NCBI GenBank assembly: GCA_041483895.1
Contig: JBGPGO010000008.1
Location: 123,195-187,194, forward strand
Source of the DNA: Fimbriimonadia bacterium
GTDB lineage: Bacteria; Armatimonadota; Fimbriimonadia; Fimbriimonadales; JABRVX01
Direction of reading: 5' to 3'
DNA length: 64,000 nucleotides
Positions 29,342 to 38,094 of this stretch are shown one piece after another (positions within the stretch are counted from its first letter, which is position 1; each line of letters opens with the position of its first letter). A program made the position numbers and the translations under genes. The notes beneath the pieces were generated by a model. That model was not told where the DNA came from and did not search any database. It saw nothing but the letters and a program-made list of their open reading frames with translations.

Positions 29342-29902
29342 ATGCACGGATATCAACGGCTGGGAGATATGTTGGTCTCCCGGGGTGTATTGACTGAATC
29401 CCAGCTCACCGAAGCCCTCCAACGGCAATCTGAGACCCGCCTGCGCCTTGGGGAGGTGCTGGTCGAGTATGGCTTCACCACGGATGAGGCGATTGCTGAG
29501 TGCCTGGCATCCCAATATTTCTTCCCGTTGGTCGATCCGGATCTGATTGAGCCATCCCCGGATGCCCTAGCGTTTATCGATGCCGAGTATGCCGTGACGC
29601 GGGAGATACTGCCGTACGGCTGTTCGGATACCATGCTCCATTGCATGATCGCCGACCCTCTGGACGTGATGAGAAATGACGAGCTCGAGACAAGGGCCAA
29701 GCGTCATTTGAACCTGGCCATCGCCCCGCTCGGCGCGCTTCGGAGGGCGATCCGAGCGGCGTATCGTCTGCCGGAGCCGATTAAACCGCCTGTCCCGACA
29801 CCCATCGTTCAGAAGAAAGGACGCCGGAAGTTGGAATCCCAAGCGGATCGAGAGGCCCTGCTTACAATGCTCATGGCCGAACATGAGGATGCGACGGCAT
29901 GA
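29342..29902 (+). CDS. Stand-alone MshEN (T2SSE_N) domain protein, putative c-di-GMP receptor
   Basis: RLGDMLVSRGVLTESQLTEALQRQ-SETRL-RLGEVLVEYGFTTDEAIAECLASQ; no ATPase domain. Confidence 0.85.
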   Translation: MHGYQRLGDMLVSRGVLTESQLTEALQRQSETRLRLGEVLVEYGFTTDEAIAECLASQYFFPLVDPDLIEPSPDALAFIDAEYAVTREILPYGCSDTMLHCMIADPLDVMRNDELETRAKRHLNLAIAPLGALRRAIRAAYRLPEPIKPPVPTPIVQKKGRRKLESQADREALLTMLMAEHEDATA

Positions 29903-30702
29903 AGACCTTTGCGGTCACGAGCGGGAAAGGCGGGGTAGGGAAGACCAATTTTGCGGCTAACCTGGGTATCGCTCTTACCCAGCAGAATCGGCGCACCATC
30001 GTTTTTGACGCGGACCTTGGCCTTGCGAACCTGGACATCATCTTGGGGATCAAGCCGGAATTTACTTTGCAGCACGTATTGGCGGGCCAGCACCGGGTCG
30101 CGGACGTTCTCTGCCAAGGGCCCGGCGGCATTCAGATCGTGGCGGGCGGGTCGGCCATCGCTTCGCTCATGAGAGTCGGGCCGAAGCGCATGGAAGTGTT
30201 CTTCACTCAGGTCGCGGAGCTTCGATTTGTCACAGATATCCTGCTGTTTGATACCGGCGCCGGGATCGACAGCAAGGTGATGGGATTTGTAAAGGCCGCG
30301 GATGAGGTGATATTGATTACAACTCCGGACCCGGCCAGCGTTACTGACGCCTACGCGACCATCAAGACCATATTCAAGAACCGAGATGACGCTCGCATCA
30401 ACGTGGTGGCCAACCAGGTCTCCGACGGCGCGCAGGCTCGTACGGTATACGACATGCTGGCCCGCGTCGCTCAAGAATTCCTGGGCAAGCCGCTCATCTA
30501 CTGCGGATTTGTACGCATGGATGCCGCGGTCCGGGACGCAGTGCGGGCCCGGAAACCGTTTCTGCTGGCCGATCCCAATTCGCCGGCGTCGGAGGACATC
30601 CGCATGCTTGCGGCTCGTTTCGGCGCATCCGCAGAGGGCGGGGCAGATGACTTGGGAGAGCGGCTACAATCCGCTTTCAATGTAATGGAGGACGTTGCGT
30701 AA
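29899..30702 (+). CDS. FlhG/FleN-like MinD/ParA ATPase
   Basis: SGKGGVGKT, DADLGLANLD, DTGAGI, PDPASVTDAY; ATGA overlap. Confidence 0.9.
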   Translation: MKTFAVTSGKGGVGKTNFAANLGIALTQQNRRTIVFDADLGLANLDIILGIKPEFTLQHVLAGQHRVADVLCQGPGGIQIVAGGSAIASLMRVGPKRMEVFFTQVAELRFVTDILLFDTGAGIDSKVMGFVKAADEVILITTPDPASVTDAYATIKTIFKNRDDARINVVANQVSDGAQARTVYDMLARVAQEFLGKPLIYCGFVRMDAAVRDAVRARKPFLLADPNSPASEDIRMLAARFGASAEGGADDLGERLQSAFNVMEDVA

Positions 30703-30772
30703 ACATTAGTCGGTAAGAACTGTTTTCGGCAACTGGCCCCCACCCATATCTTATGGTTGCGCCAATAATTGT

Positions 30773-30788
30773 TTTTGAGTACTCAAAA
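30773..30788. promoter_or_regulatory. Perfect 16-bp dyad TTTTGAGTACTCAAAA, candidate operator
   Basis: In an AT-rich intergenic region about 80 bp before the cassette; same TTTGA-N4-TCAAA core as upstream of FTR1. Confidence 0.6.
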
Positions 30789-30869
30789 TCTCAAGTTTTC
30801 TATGTTGATTTTCGGCGAAGTTTTGATCTACCATTGGTTCATACACTGTTTTGATTGAGAGGATGGGAA

Positions 30870-31625
30870 ATGTTTCGATATTATTTTTTCGGCTCGCTTC
30901 TGACCTTGACAACATCTATCGGACTGGCGCAGTCCATCAATGTGAACCCGATTGGTGACGTGTGGTTCTATAAGAATGCCCCGAACCCGGCCACCGATCC
31001 ATACGCCTTGGCATGGGGGGACGGAACCAACGATTTGGCTCCCACATTCCCTCCCGACGACTTTTATTCCTACAGCTACTTCAAGTTCGACCTTGGCGGG
31101 GCTTTCGACTCGAGCAAGACGTACACCCTCACAATGGCCACTCTGACGGTGTACCAGTACCCAGGCGCCGGATTCGATGCCGACTTGGCGAAAAATAACC
31201 CGCTGCTGGCCAGGGCTTTGGGAGATGGTTGGGAAGAATCGACGTATGCGTTCGGGGCCGGCAACCCGTCGCCAGGGTCGCTGCTCGGCGCGGGGGACAT
31301 GTCGAACTACGACAAGGCCGGATATTGGGCGATAACCATCGATCTGCTGTCGGGGGACGTCGGCGCGATAACAAATCTTTTCAACGACGCCGTACATAGC
31401 AATGGACACATTGACTTTTCACTGTCGACGATAATGAATCCCGGCGGCCAGACGGGTACGAAATACTATACGCTGGCCACGAGGGAAGCGCAGGCGCAGT
31501 ATCGTCCGACATTGGAAATAACGACAGTGCCGGAGCCGGGCGCGATGGTACTCTTTGGGCTACTAGGCTTATTAGCGCGGAGGAAAGGCCATAAAAGCAC
31601 GCAAAACGGGGTTCACGCTGATTGA
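30870..31625 (+). CDS. PEP-CTERM protein
   Basis: Signal peptide; TVPEP + TM + RRK; main domain homologous to 32351-33442. Confidence 0.88.
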   Translation: MFRYYFFGSLLTLTTSIGLAQSINVNPIGDVWFYKNAPNPATDPYALAWGDGTNDLAPTFPPDDFYSYSYFKFDLGGAFDSSKTYTLTMATLTVYQYPGAGFDADLAKNNPLLARALGDGWEESTYAFGAGNPSPGSLLGAGDMSNYDKAGYWAITIDLLSGDVGAITNLFNDAVHSNGHIDFSLSTIMNPGGQTGTKYYTLATREAQAQYRPTLEITTVPEPGAMVLFGLLGLLARRKGHKSTQNGVHAD

Positions 31626-32376
31626 GCTGTTGGTGGTCATCGCGATCATCGCGATACTCGCCGCGATTCTGTTCCCGGTCTTCGCCCGGGCCAAGGAGCT
31701 TTCTAAGGAGCGCGCCTGCGCCACCCACATGAGCCAAACGGGCAAGGCCTACCTGATGTATCAGGACGATTCTGACGGTCGCGTCCCGCCCGCATACTAT
31801 TGGAGTACCGCAGTTAAGTCCATCCCGGATAACCAAGGCTTCTGGGCTTGGCCCTGGCTGACGCGGCCGTATGCCGAGAGCTTTCAAGTGTACACCTGCC
31901 CCTCGGACACGAAGGACGATCCCTCGTGCCACGCCGATGAATGCGGAGTCCCGGGGCCCTATAGCTGCCGGGACCAGCGCAATCCCTGCTTCGGATATCT
32001 TTTTGGCCGGTTCCCAAGTTGGGGCTACAACTTTTGGTATCTGTCACCGGGGAGGGACACGGACTATCCGGACAACGAGCCATTCTTTCCTGTGACGGCG
32101 CGAAAGATCCAAGACCCGGCTGATACCGTTGTCTACGCGGAAAGCACTTCGCTCTTCCCCGATGGACCGGGGTATCGCATCACGTCGGATATAGGCTACA
32201 TCCTGGTCTATCCGCCACAGAAGTGGACTCTAACGCTGCCGGCGGACGGAACCACGTTCGGGCATGTCTGGCCCCGCCACAACCGCGAACACGTCACCAC
32301 GCTGTTTCAAGATGGACATGTCAAGTCCATCTCATTAGGAAGGTTGAAAGATGAAAGTCTTTGGGATTTGCGCTAG
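31591..32376 (+). CDS. Prepilin-type N-terminal cleavage/methylation protein (DUF1559/H-X9-DG-like), proposed ATA start
   Basis: KARKTG/FTLIELLVVIAIIAILAAILFPVF; C-terminal RHNREHVTTLFQDGHVK. Confidence 0.88.
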   Translation: MKARKTGFTLIELLVVIAIIAILAAILFPVFARAKELSKERACATHMSQTGKAYLMYQDDSDGRVPPAYYWSTAVKSIPDNQGFWAWPWLTRPYAESFQVYTCPSDTKDDPSCHADECGVPGPYSCRDQRNPCFGYLFGRFPSWGYNFWYLSPGRDTDYPDNEPFFPVTARKIQDPADTVVYAESTSLFPDGPGYRITSDIGYILVYPPQKWTLTLPADGTTFGHVWPRHNREHVTTLFQDGHVKSISLGRLKDESLWDLR

Positions 32377-33442
32377 CCTGCTTTTCGCGGCATGCTGTTT
32401 CGCGCAGCAGCTCGACACCTTGGCGAGCGATGACGTATGGTGCTATGTCCATTCTCTAAATCCGACGACTGATCCGTATATGCGCGTGTGGGGTGATGGG
32501 ATCGATGCCATTCATCCCTGCCCACCTGACTTTTATCATTCTTTCTCCTATGTAAAATTCGCTTTGACGCCGACGTTTGACGCATCGAAGAACTATGCAA
32601 TCACATCGGCCAAGTTAATTCTAACTCACGCATCCGATCCCGGCTTCACGGTTGAGCAGGGCCTCGCCAATCCTCTGCGCGCTTACAGTCTTGGGGACGC
32701 TTGGAGCGAAGGCACATGGGATTTCAGTCAGGTCGGGATTGGGATTCCCTGTCCCATGGACCCATATTTTGGCGAAGGGGACCTGTCCGGATATGTCGCG
32801 ACGACGGACAAATTCCCGATTCCCATTGACCTTGCGGGACCCGCTTTCTCGGACTACTTTAACGAAAGCCTCCATGCGACGGGCAAGCTGGATTTGGCGC
32901 TCTGCTCCACGATCGCGCCGGGGGATCAGGGCGGAGTGATCTTTTACAAGCTGGTGACGAAGGATCACGTTTCGGGTCTTGGGCCTCGGCTGCAGCTTGT
33001 CGCGACGCCGGCAAAAACGGTGGCAGGAACCGTCGAACTGGATCAGTATCTTGGCCCGCTCAATCAGGTGGCGCTAACGTTCGAAGTGCGGCAGCCGGGC
33101 AGCCAAGTTGCGATCGAGACCCACACAGTGATGCTGGACGCGCAAGGAAACTACCAGTTCGGTACGGCACAGTCGGGACCGGTCGATATTGCGTGCAAGG
33201 GACCGATCTGGTTGAGGCAGGTCCAGGGCGCCACAATTGATGGCGGTCCGGTGACGGTCAACTTCAGCCTCACCGGCGGTGACGCCGACGGGAACAACGC
33301 CGTAGAGCTCAAGGATTTCAACACCGTGCTGATCAATTTTAGCCAGTCCGTGCCGGACGGCGACGTCAATGGCAGCGGCATGGTGGACCTCAAGGACTTC
33401 AATATGGTGCTGATCAACTTCGCGCAGATCGGCGCTCCGTAG
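32351..33442 (+). CDS. Secreted protein: same domain as the PEP-CTERM neighbour plus a dockerin-like module
   Basis: DDVWCY..NPTTDPY..WGDG...SYVKF; tail GGDADGNNAVELKDFN...GDVNGSGMVDLKDFNMVLINF. Confidence 0.85.
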   Translation: MKVFGICASLLFAACCFAQQLDTLASDDVWCYVHSLNPTTDPYMRVWGDGIDAIHPCPPDFYHSFSYVKFALTPTFDASKNYAITSAKLILTHASDPGFTVEQGLANPLRAYSLGDAWSEGTWDFSQVGIGIPCPMDPYFGEGDLSGYVATTDKFPIPIDLAGPAFSDYFNESLHATGKLDLALCSTIAPGDQGGVIFYKLVTKDHVSGLGPRLQLVATPAKTVAGTVELDQYLGPLNQVALTFEVRQPGSQVAIETHTVMLDAQGNYQFGTAQSGPVDIACKGPIWLRQVQGATIDGGPVTVNFSLTGGDADGNNAVELKDFNTVLINFSQSVPDGDVNGSGMVDLKDFNMVLINFAQIGAP

Positions 33443-33445
33443 CCG

Positions 33446-33835
33446 CTATTTCCGGTGGAACGTGATGCCGCCCGTCTTGTCGCCTTCCGTAACGAACGCC
33501 AGCGCCTTGCCGTCGGAACTCATGTGCAACTTCATCGGCTCCATCTTTGCGCTCATGCCTGCCGGCGGCTTGACGGTTAGTTCGATTGTGTCGCCGAACA
33601 TCGTCCAGGTTCCTTCCATGGACCCAAATAGAGTCAGCTTGAACGTCTTATCCGAGCGAATCTCCAGGCTCGGGCTGCCCATCATCGATCGGAACGCCTC
33701 GGCCTTCTGACCGGATTCCGACGACGGGTCCTGCGCAGGGGGCAGGTCACCGGACCAAGTGCCGACCGGATTGGGTCCCCCGCAGCCGATCAGGATGAAT
33801 AGGCATACCGATAATCCTGCGACGAGAAGTTTCAT
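33446..33835 (-). CDS. Small lipoprotein
   Basis: Lipobox LIGC; GGAGG SD. Confidence 0.8.
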   Translation of the reverse strand: MKLLVAGLSVCLFILIGCGGPNPVGTWSGDLPPAQDPSSESGQKAEAFRSMMGSPSLEIRSDKTFKLTLFGSMEGTWTMFGDTIELTVKPPAGMSAKMEPMKLHMSSDGKALAFVTEGDKTGGITFHRK

Positions 33836-33950
33836 ATTTTTCCCTCCTGGATCCGCGATCATCTAGGCGTCGCGTTCGCCGACCGATTGAATACGAGACC
33901 GTTGAGCTTACCATTTTGGGCGATACCGGTCAACGATTGACCGTCCTGGC

Positions 33951-34466
33951 TCATTCCGTCTCGCTCAACAACTGCCGCAATGGCTCTTTGAGTGTCTCGC
34001 TGTCGGGATACCTGGCGAGCGCCTCTTCCAAGATCGCGATGGCCAGCTCCCGATTGCCCAACTCATAGATCGCGTGGGCCTTCGCGTCGTAGAGAACCTC
34101 TTCCGTCGGCTGCCAGAAGCCCAGCTCGAACTCCTCCTCGCGCAGCGCGATGGATTCTAGAGCGTCATCGGCGGTTTCGATGGCATCCTGCCAGCGCTCC
34201 AGCGAGCACAGGGCTTGGGCCTTTTCCGCCGCCGCGTCCACCGCCTCCGGCACCATCTCCAGAACGCGGTCATAGCAGATCAGCGCCTCTTCGTAGCGTT
34301 CCAGTTGCTGCAAGATGTCGCCCTTAATGGCGAGGGCCTCGGCATTGTCCGGCTCGTGCGCGATGGCCTTCTCGATCCATTCGAATCCGAGCGGCGCATT
34401 GGCGCACGAAAACGCGAGCCATTCGGCCAATTCGATATACTTGTCCACGCGATGCGTCGGGACCAT
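33951..34466 (-). CDS. TPR protein
   Basis: ALAIKGDILQQLERYEEALICYD-type repeats. Confidence 0.8.
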   Translation of the reverse strand: MVPTHRVDKYIELAEWLAFSCANAPLGFEWIEKAIAHEPDNAEALAIKGDILQQLERYEEALICYDRVLEMVPEAVDAAAEKAQALCSLERWQDAIETADDALESIALREEEFELGFWQPTEEVLYDAKAHAIYELGNRELAIAILEEALARYPDSETLKEPLRQLLSETE

Positions 34467-34509
34467 GGGGGGAGTATACCGACGGCTGCGATGAGACTAC
34501 GATGCCAAT

Positions 34510-34545
34510 GATGCGACCGGTCTCCTGACCGAGTCGCAAGTTTGG
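34510..34545. repeat. REP-like imperfect palindrome (second repeat family)
   Basis: GATGCGACCGGTCTCCTGACCGAGTCGCAAGTTTGG, identical to 37908-37943. Confidence 0.85.
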
Positions 34546-34601
34546 GCGGGTCCTGTGCTGGGTTTTGCACGAGCAGTGGTGGCGCGGGACGAATGAGCGG
34601 A

Positions 34602-35141
34602 TTACTGAGAGAACGTGAGGGAATCCAAGATAGCCGCCATTTCCGACGTCGGTGCCGTGGTACGCTCGTCCACTATGACCAGATAGACTCGATCTTTTCC
34701 TCGAACGGCTGCTAATCGCAGGACGGTCGGACCATACAGCTTTGTGGCGAAGCGGAGGCACTCTATGTCCTTGCCGCCTATTGTCAAAGTCTCATGGGTC
34801 ATTGCTCCAAGGCGCTGTGAGGAAGAGTTCCGTAGCCAGCGATCCGCGAAGACTTTTACCGCCGTCCCATGCGGTATGGGTTCCGAAACAATGCCGATTG
34901 GTGCATGACCTTGTTGCCAGTCCCATCCTTTTGGTGCGAACATTATTCCGCCGCCCTTCGGATCGGGAGGACCAGGGTCCCATGTGTCTGGCAATCGGGC
35001 AGACAAATAAGGGTCCGAATAGGCCACCATTCCGCCAGTGTGGGCACATCCGGCCACCAGCGGAACGCTCATCGAGAGGATGGCTGCCGACAAGAACCCT
35101 AGCCCAAAAAATGGGGCGGGAAAGCAACGCATGGCCTTCAC
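34602..35141 (-). CDS. Putative lipoprotein (PsbP/DcrB-like fold suspected)
   Basis: LVAGC lipobox; resembles its upstream neighbour; start uncertain. Confidence 0.65.
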   Translation of the reverse strand: MKAMRCFPAPFFGLGFLSAAILSMSVPLVAGCAHTGGMVAYSDPYLSARLPDTWDPGPPDPKGGGIMFAPKGWDWQQGHAPIGIVSEPIPHGTAVKVFADRWLRNSSSQRLGAMTHETLTIGGKDIECLRFATKLYGPTVLRLAAVRGKDRVYLVIVDERTTAPTSEMAAILDSLTFSQ

Positions 35142-35659
35142 TTCGACATCCGAAAACTCGATAGTATCCCGGCGATTTCCGCATCATCTCTCTTTGGGAC
35201 GGTGCGCACTCCCACAACATAAGTATTCTCGATGCCGGGAATGATGGCTTGCCTGAGCTGCACCGGACCTCCATGGCGCGATTCATTGAACAGAAAGCAG
35301 CGGTAGGACCAACCTCCAAGTAGCATGGTGGACTCCGCCGCGGTTGCGCCGACCGCGTTTTTGGCGTATCCTGAAGCTACGTCTTCCAATTCGCTTGCCA
35401 ACGACGAGCCTGCGCCCCGGTGGACGACGACCGTGAACGGCTCCGGCCCGGTCTTCGACCAATCCTTCGGGCGCACATAAACGCCGAGTGCACCTGGTGT
35501 CGTTTCGACAATCCAGGTCGCAGGATACCGGAATTCGAAATAATCATTCGTGTAAGTCTTGAACTCTGGACCCTGTCGGCATCCTACAGGGATGATGAAC
35601 ACGACAACGAGTACACCGATCATCAACCTGCGGCTGGTAGACCCTTTCACCGCTGACAT
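35138..35659 (-). CDS. Putative lipoprotein (PsbP/DcrB-like)
   Basis: PVGC lipobox; FKTYTNDYFEFRYPATW; ILSSFR C-terminus; start uncertain. Confidence 0.7.
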   Translation of the reverse strand: MSAVKGSTSRRLMIGVLVVVFIIPVGCRQGPEFKTYTNDYFEFRYPATWIVETTPGALGVYVRPKDWSKTGPEPFTVVVHRGAGSSLASELEDVASGYAKNAVGATAAESTMLLGGWSYRCFLFNESRHGGPVQLRQAIIPGIENTYVVGVRTVPKRDDAEIAGILSSFRMSK

Positions 35660-35943
35660 TGTTACGCGCTGAATGCAGCGCAGCTGCGTCTGGATATTCA
35701 TCATCTGGTCGCCCCATAGCACCCTACCGAGCCAGTAAATCCCGGTGCAAGTCGTTATTCGTAACGACCAACACAGATCGGTCAGTTTACCCACATCCCG
35801 AAGAGCGCGGATAGATTCGTAGGGTGGCCATATCGATTAGGCTTCAAGCCCCTACCGACCACTTCCTGCTTGCTTCGCCTGATACAATTCGCACTGATAG
35901 CCATGATTATCAACGAGAAATCAATCGATCGTCGGTGTGCAAA

Positions 35944-36693
35944 ATGAACTTGCCTATGGAGATGCTTCGGAGCCAGGTCGCCTCGCAGCCGTATCCAGTC
36001 ATGTTCGCGACCATCAGTGGAGCGCACCTCTACGGATTCGCCTCCGAGGATTCCGACTTCGATTTGCGTGGCGCGCACGTCCTGCCGGCAAGGGACGTGC
36101 TTTCTCTCGATCCTCCCAAGGAAACAACCGACACCTCCGCCGTCGTCGAAGGCCACGAGGTCGATATCGTGACGCATGATGTGAAGAAGTTCTTCGGCCT
36201 ACTCCTAAAGCGAAACGGGTATGGGTTGGAACAGGTGATGTCGCCCTTGGTGGTTCATTCGACGCCGGAGCACCGCGAGCTGATAGCGCTCATGCCTAAA
36301 CTGGTCACCCGCCACCATTGCCACCACTATCTCAGCTTTGCCGAGAATCAGTGGAAGGAGTTCAGTTCCGAAAGTCCGCCCCACCTGAAACCGCTGCTGT
36401 ATCTCCATCGAGTGCTGCTCTCGGGAATTCATCTGATGCGGACAGGGGAGGTGGAGGCAAACCTAGTGACGCTTGCCACAGAGTATCATCGGCCGGATCT
36501 GTTCGAGTTGATTGAAGCGAAAGTGCATGGAAAGGAGAAAGCGCTTGCCAAAGTGCACGTAGAACAGCAGGAGGCGAGCTACGAGGAATTGGCTCAGCAA
36601 CTGCGCGACGCCGGCGAGCAGTCCACGCTGGCAACCGAACCGTCCGCACGTCCCGCGCTGAACGATCTGTTGATCCGATTGCGGCTCGGCTAG
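35944..36693 (+). CDS. YcgL-like nucleotidyltransferase (DNA polymerase beta superfamily)
   Basis: ISGAHLYGFASEDSDFDLRG; KPLLYLHRVLLSG. Confidence 0.88.
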   Translation: MNLPMEMLRSQVASQPYPVMFATISGAHLYGFASEDSDFDLRGAHVLPARDVLSLDPPKETTDTSAVVEGHEVDIVTHDVKKFFGLLLKRNGYGLEQVMSPLVVHSTPEHRELIALMPKLVTRHHCHHYLSFAENQWKEFSSESPPHLKPLLYLHRVLLSGIHLMRTGEVEANLVTLATEYHRPDLFELIEAKVHGKEKALAKVHVEQQEASYEELAQQLRDAGEQSTLATEPSARPALNDLLIRLRLG

Positions 36694-36750
36694 GCCATGT
36701 AACTCGCGAGTCCGAAATGCGCTGCTCGTAGTCCGGAAAGGAGTGTAACA

Positions 36751-37236
36751 ATGTCAACCAAACCATTGATTTCTACTCTGCTGCTCGCCGTCGCTGCGCT
36801 AACTGTTGCAGGTTATCTGGTTCAATCTCCTGAGAAGGCCACGGTTGTTGGACGGAGCGAAGCAACAGTTCCAAAGTCGCGTGTGGATGCGATCATTGCG
36901 GCGATCAGTTCGAAGCGCGTCGAGAAGTTGCGGATCTTTATCGCGCCAGAATCCAGGGTCAGAACTGTAAAGACAGTTCTCTATTCGCATGAGGTTTTCG
37001 AAGACAAGACTCAGTCCGCCAAATCCATGTTGGCTCAGGCGCAGAAACAGAAGGGCTTTCTATGGGAATTCATCCAGATGGTTTCCCATACGAAATTCTT
37101 ATCGTTGAAAGGCAACACGGCTTACATCGAAAGTACGGATGCGCTCACCGACATACGGGACTGGAACAGAATCGTCTTCCGGCCCAAGGGCAATCAGTGG
37201 GTCGTCAGCGAACTATGGCTGAGTTATCATCCCTAA
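36751..37236 (+). CDS. Hypothetical secreted or membrane-anchored protein
   Basis: AAGGAG SD; N-terminal hydrophobic segment. Confidence 0.65.
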   Translation: MSTKPLISTLLLAVAALTVAGYLVQSPEKATVVGRSEATVPKSRVDAIIAAISSKRVEKLRIFIAPESRVRTVKTVLYSHEVFEDKTQSAKSMLAQAQKQKGFLWEFIQMVSHTKFLSLKGNTAYIESTDALTDIRDWNRIVFRPKGNQWVVSELWLSYHP

Positions 37237-37303
37237 CCCGACACAACACACCTTGGGCCGGAGCAGCAGGGCCTTGTTGAGGGAACTTGCAGGGCCGTTT
37301 GAT

Positions 37304-37396
37304 CTGCGCGACGCAGGGGAACGGTCCCATCTGCCCGGCGAGCCCTCCGGGCGGGAGGACCTGAACGACCTCCTGATCCGGCTGAGGCTAGGATAG
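37304..37396 (+). pseudogene. Orphan duplicate of the 3' end of the nucleotidyltransferase gene
   Basis: LRDAGERSHLPGEPSGREDLNDLLIRLRLG* versus LRDAGEQSTLATEPSARPALNDLLIRLRLG* (23/30 identical). Confidence 0.88.
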
Positions 37397-37406
37397 CGCG
37401 ACGCCC

Positions 37407-37464
37407 GTGTTGGGGTCTAGGTTTATGGCATTCGGTAGGTTGCAGTGACAGTGGACCCCAACAC
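37407..37464. repeat. 58-bp palindromic element copy (covariant stem)
   Basis: GTGTTGGGGTC...GACCCCAACAC. Confidence 0.85.
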
Positions 37465-37513
37465 ATCAAGCCCTTGTCACAATAGGGATTGTGAAGGGAG
37501 AAAATCGTCCGAT

Positions 37514-37572
37514 GTGTCGGGGTTCTCATCTACCGACCAGCCATCAACAATCAATCCCTTAGACCCCGACAC
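37514..37572. repeat. 59-bp palindromic element copy
   Basis: GTGTCGGGGT...ACCCCGACAC; stem extends to CCGAT/ATCGG. Confidence 0.85.
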
Positions 37573-37646
37573 ATCGGGGACTGTGAAGAGAGGAATCTAT
37601 AGCAATTCAAGGAAGAAGGGGCGAAGGCGAAGAAACCGTCGTCATA

Positions 37647-37877
37647 ATGGGACGCAATGCACTTGGTTACGCCATTGCGGCTGTCCTTGTCCCTGGGGCT
37701 GGTCTGTTCATCATGCCGATTGCGCTGTTCAAGGCGTGGCGGGCGCTGAAAGAGGAGGATGAACGCGGCGAAAGGCGTTGCGCCTGGTGGGCGGTCGGGA
37801 TTGGGGCGGTCTTCTACTGCATTGTCGCATGGGCTGTCCTCGCCTATTCCGCTTACGTCAGCCGGAACCAGAGGTAG
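37647..37877 (+). CDS. Small two-TM membrane protein
   Basis: Two hydrophobic helices with a charged loop. Confidence 0.5.
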   Translation: MGRNALGYAIAAVLVPGAGLFIMPIALFKAWRALKEEDERGERRCAWWAVGIGAVFYCIVAWAVLAYSAYVSRNQR

Positions 37878-37907
37878 TTCGCCGCAAGCGACCGCGCAAT
37901 GCTTCCC

Positions 37908-38048
37908 GATGCGACCGGTCTCCTGACCGAGTCGCAAGTTTGGACGGATCACTGCTGGGTTGGCCGCGACTCGGTCAGGAGACCGGTCGCATCAAGACCG
38001 CGAGCTCCCGGGTTGACCGCGACTCGGTCAGGAGACCGGTCGCATCAA
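37908..38048. repeat. Cluster of three REP-like palindromes (one inverted, two direct)
   Basis: GCGACTCGGTCAGGAGACCGGTCGCATC at 37966-37993 and 38019-38046; reverse complement at 37908-37935. Confidence 0.88.
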
Positions 38049-38094
38049 ACCCACTTCCACGATGGGTATAATCAAACCCCGGAGGCGAGATAAA

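Noticed and set aside
36601..37396. Duplicate 3' end as a DGR template/variable repeat pair
   Set aside because: Differences are not adenine-specific and no reverse transcriptase is present.
37908..38048. Repeat cluster as a CRISPR array
   Set aside because: Mixed orientations, only three units, spacers partly repeated, a dispersed copy at 34510 and no cas genes.
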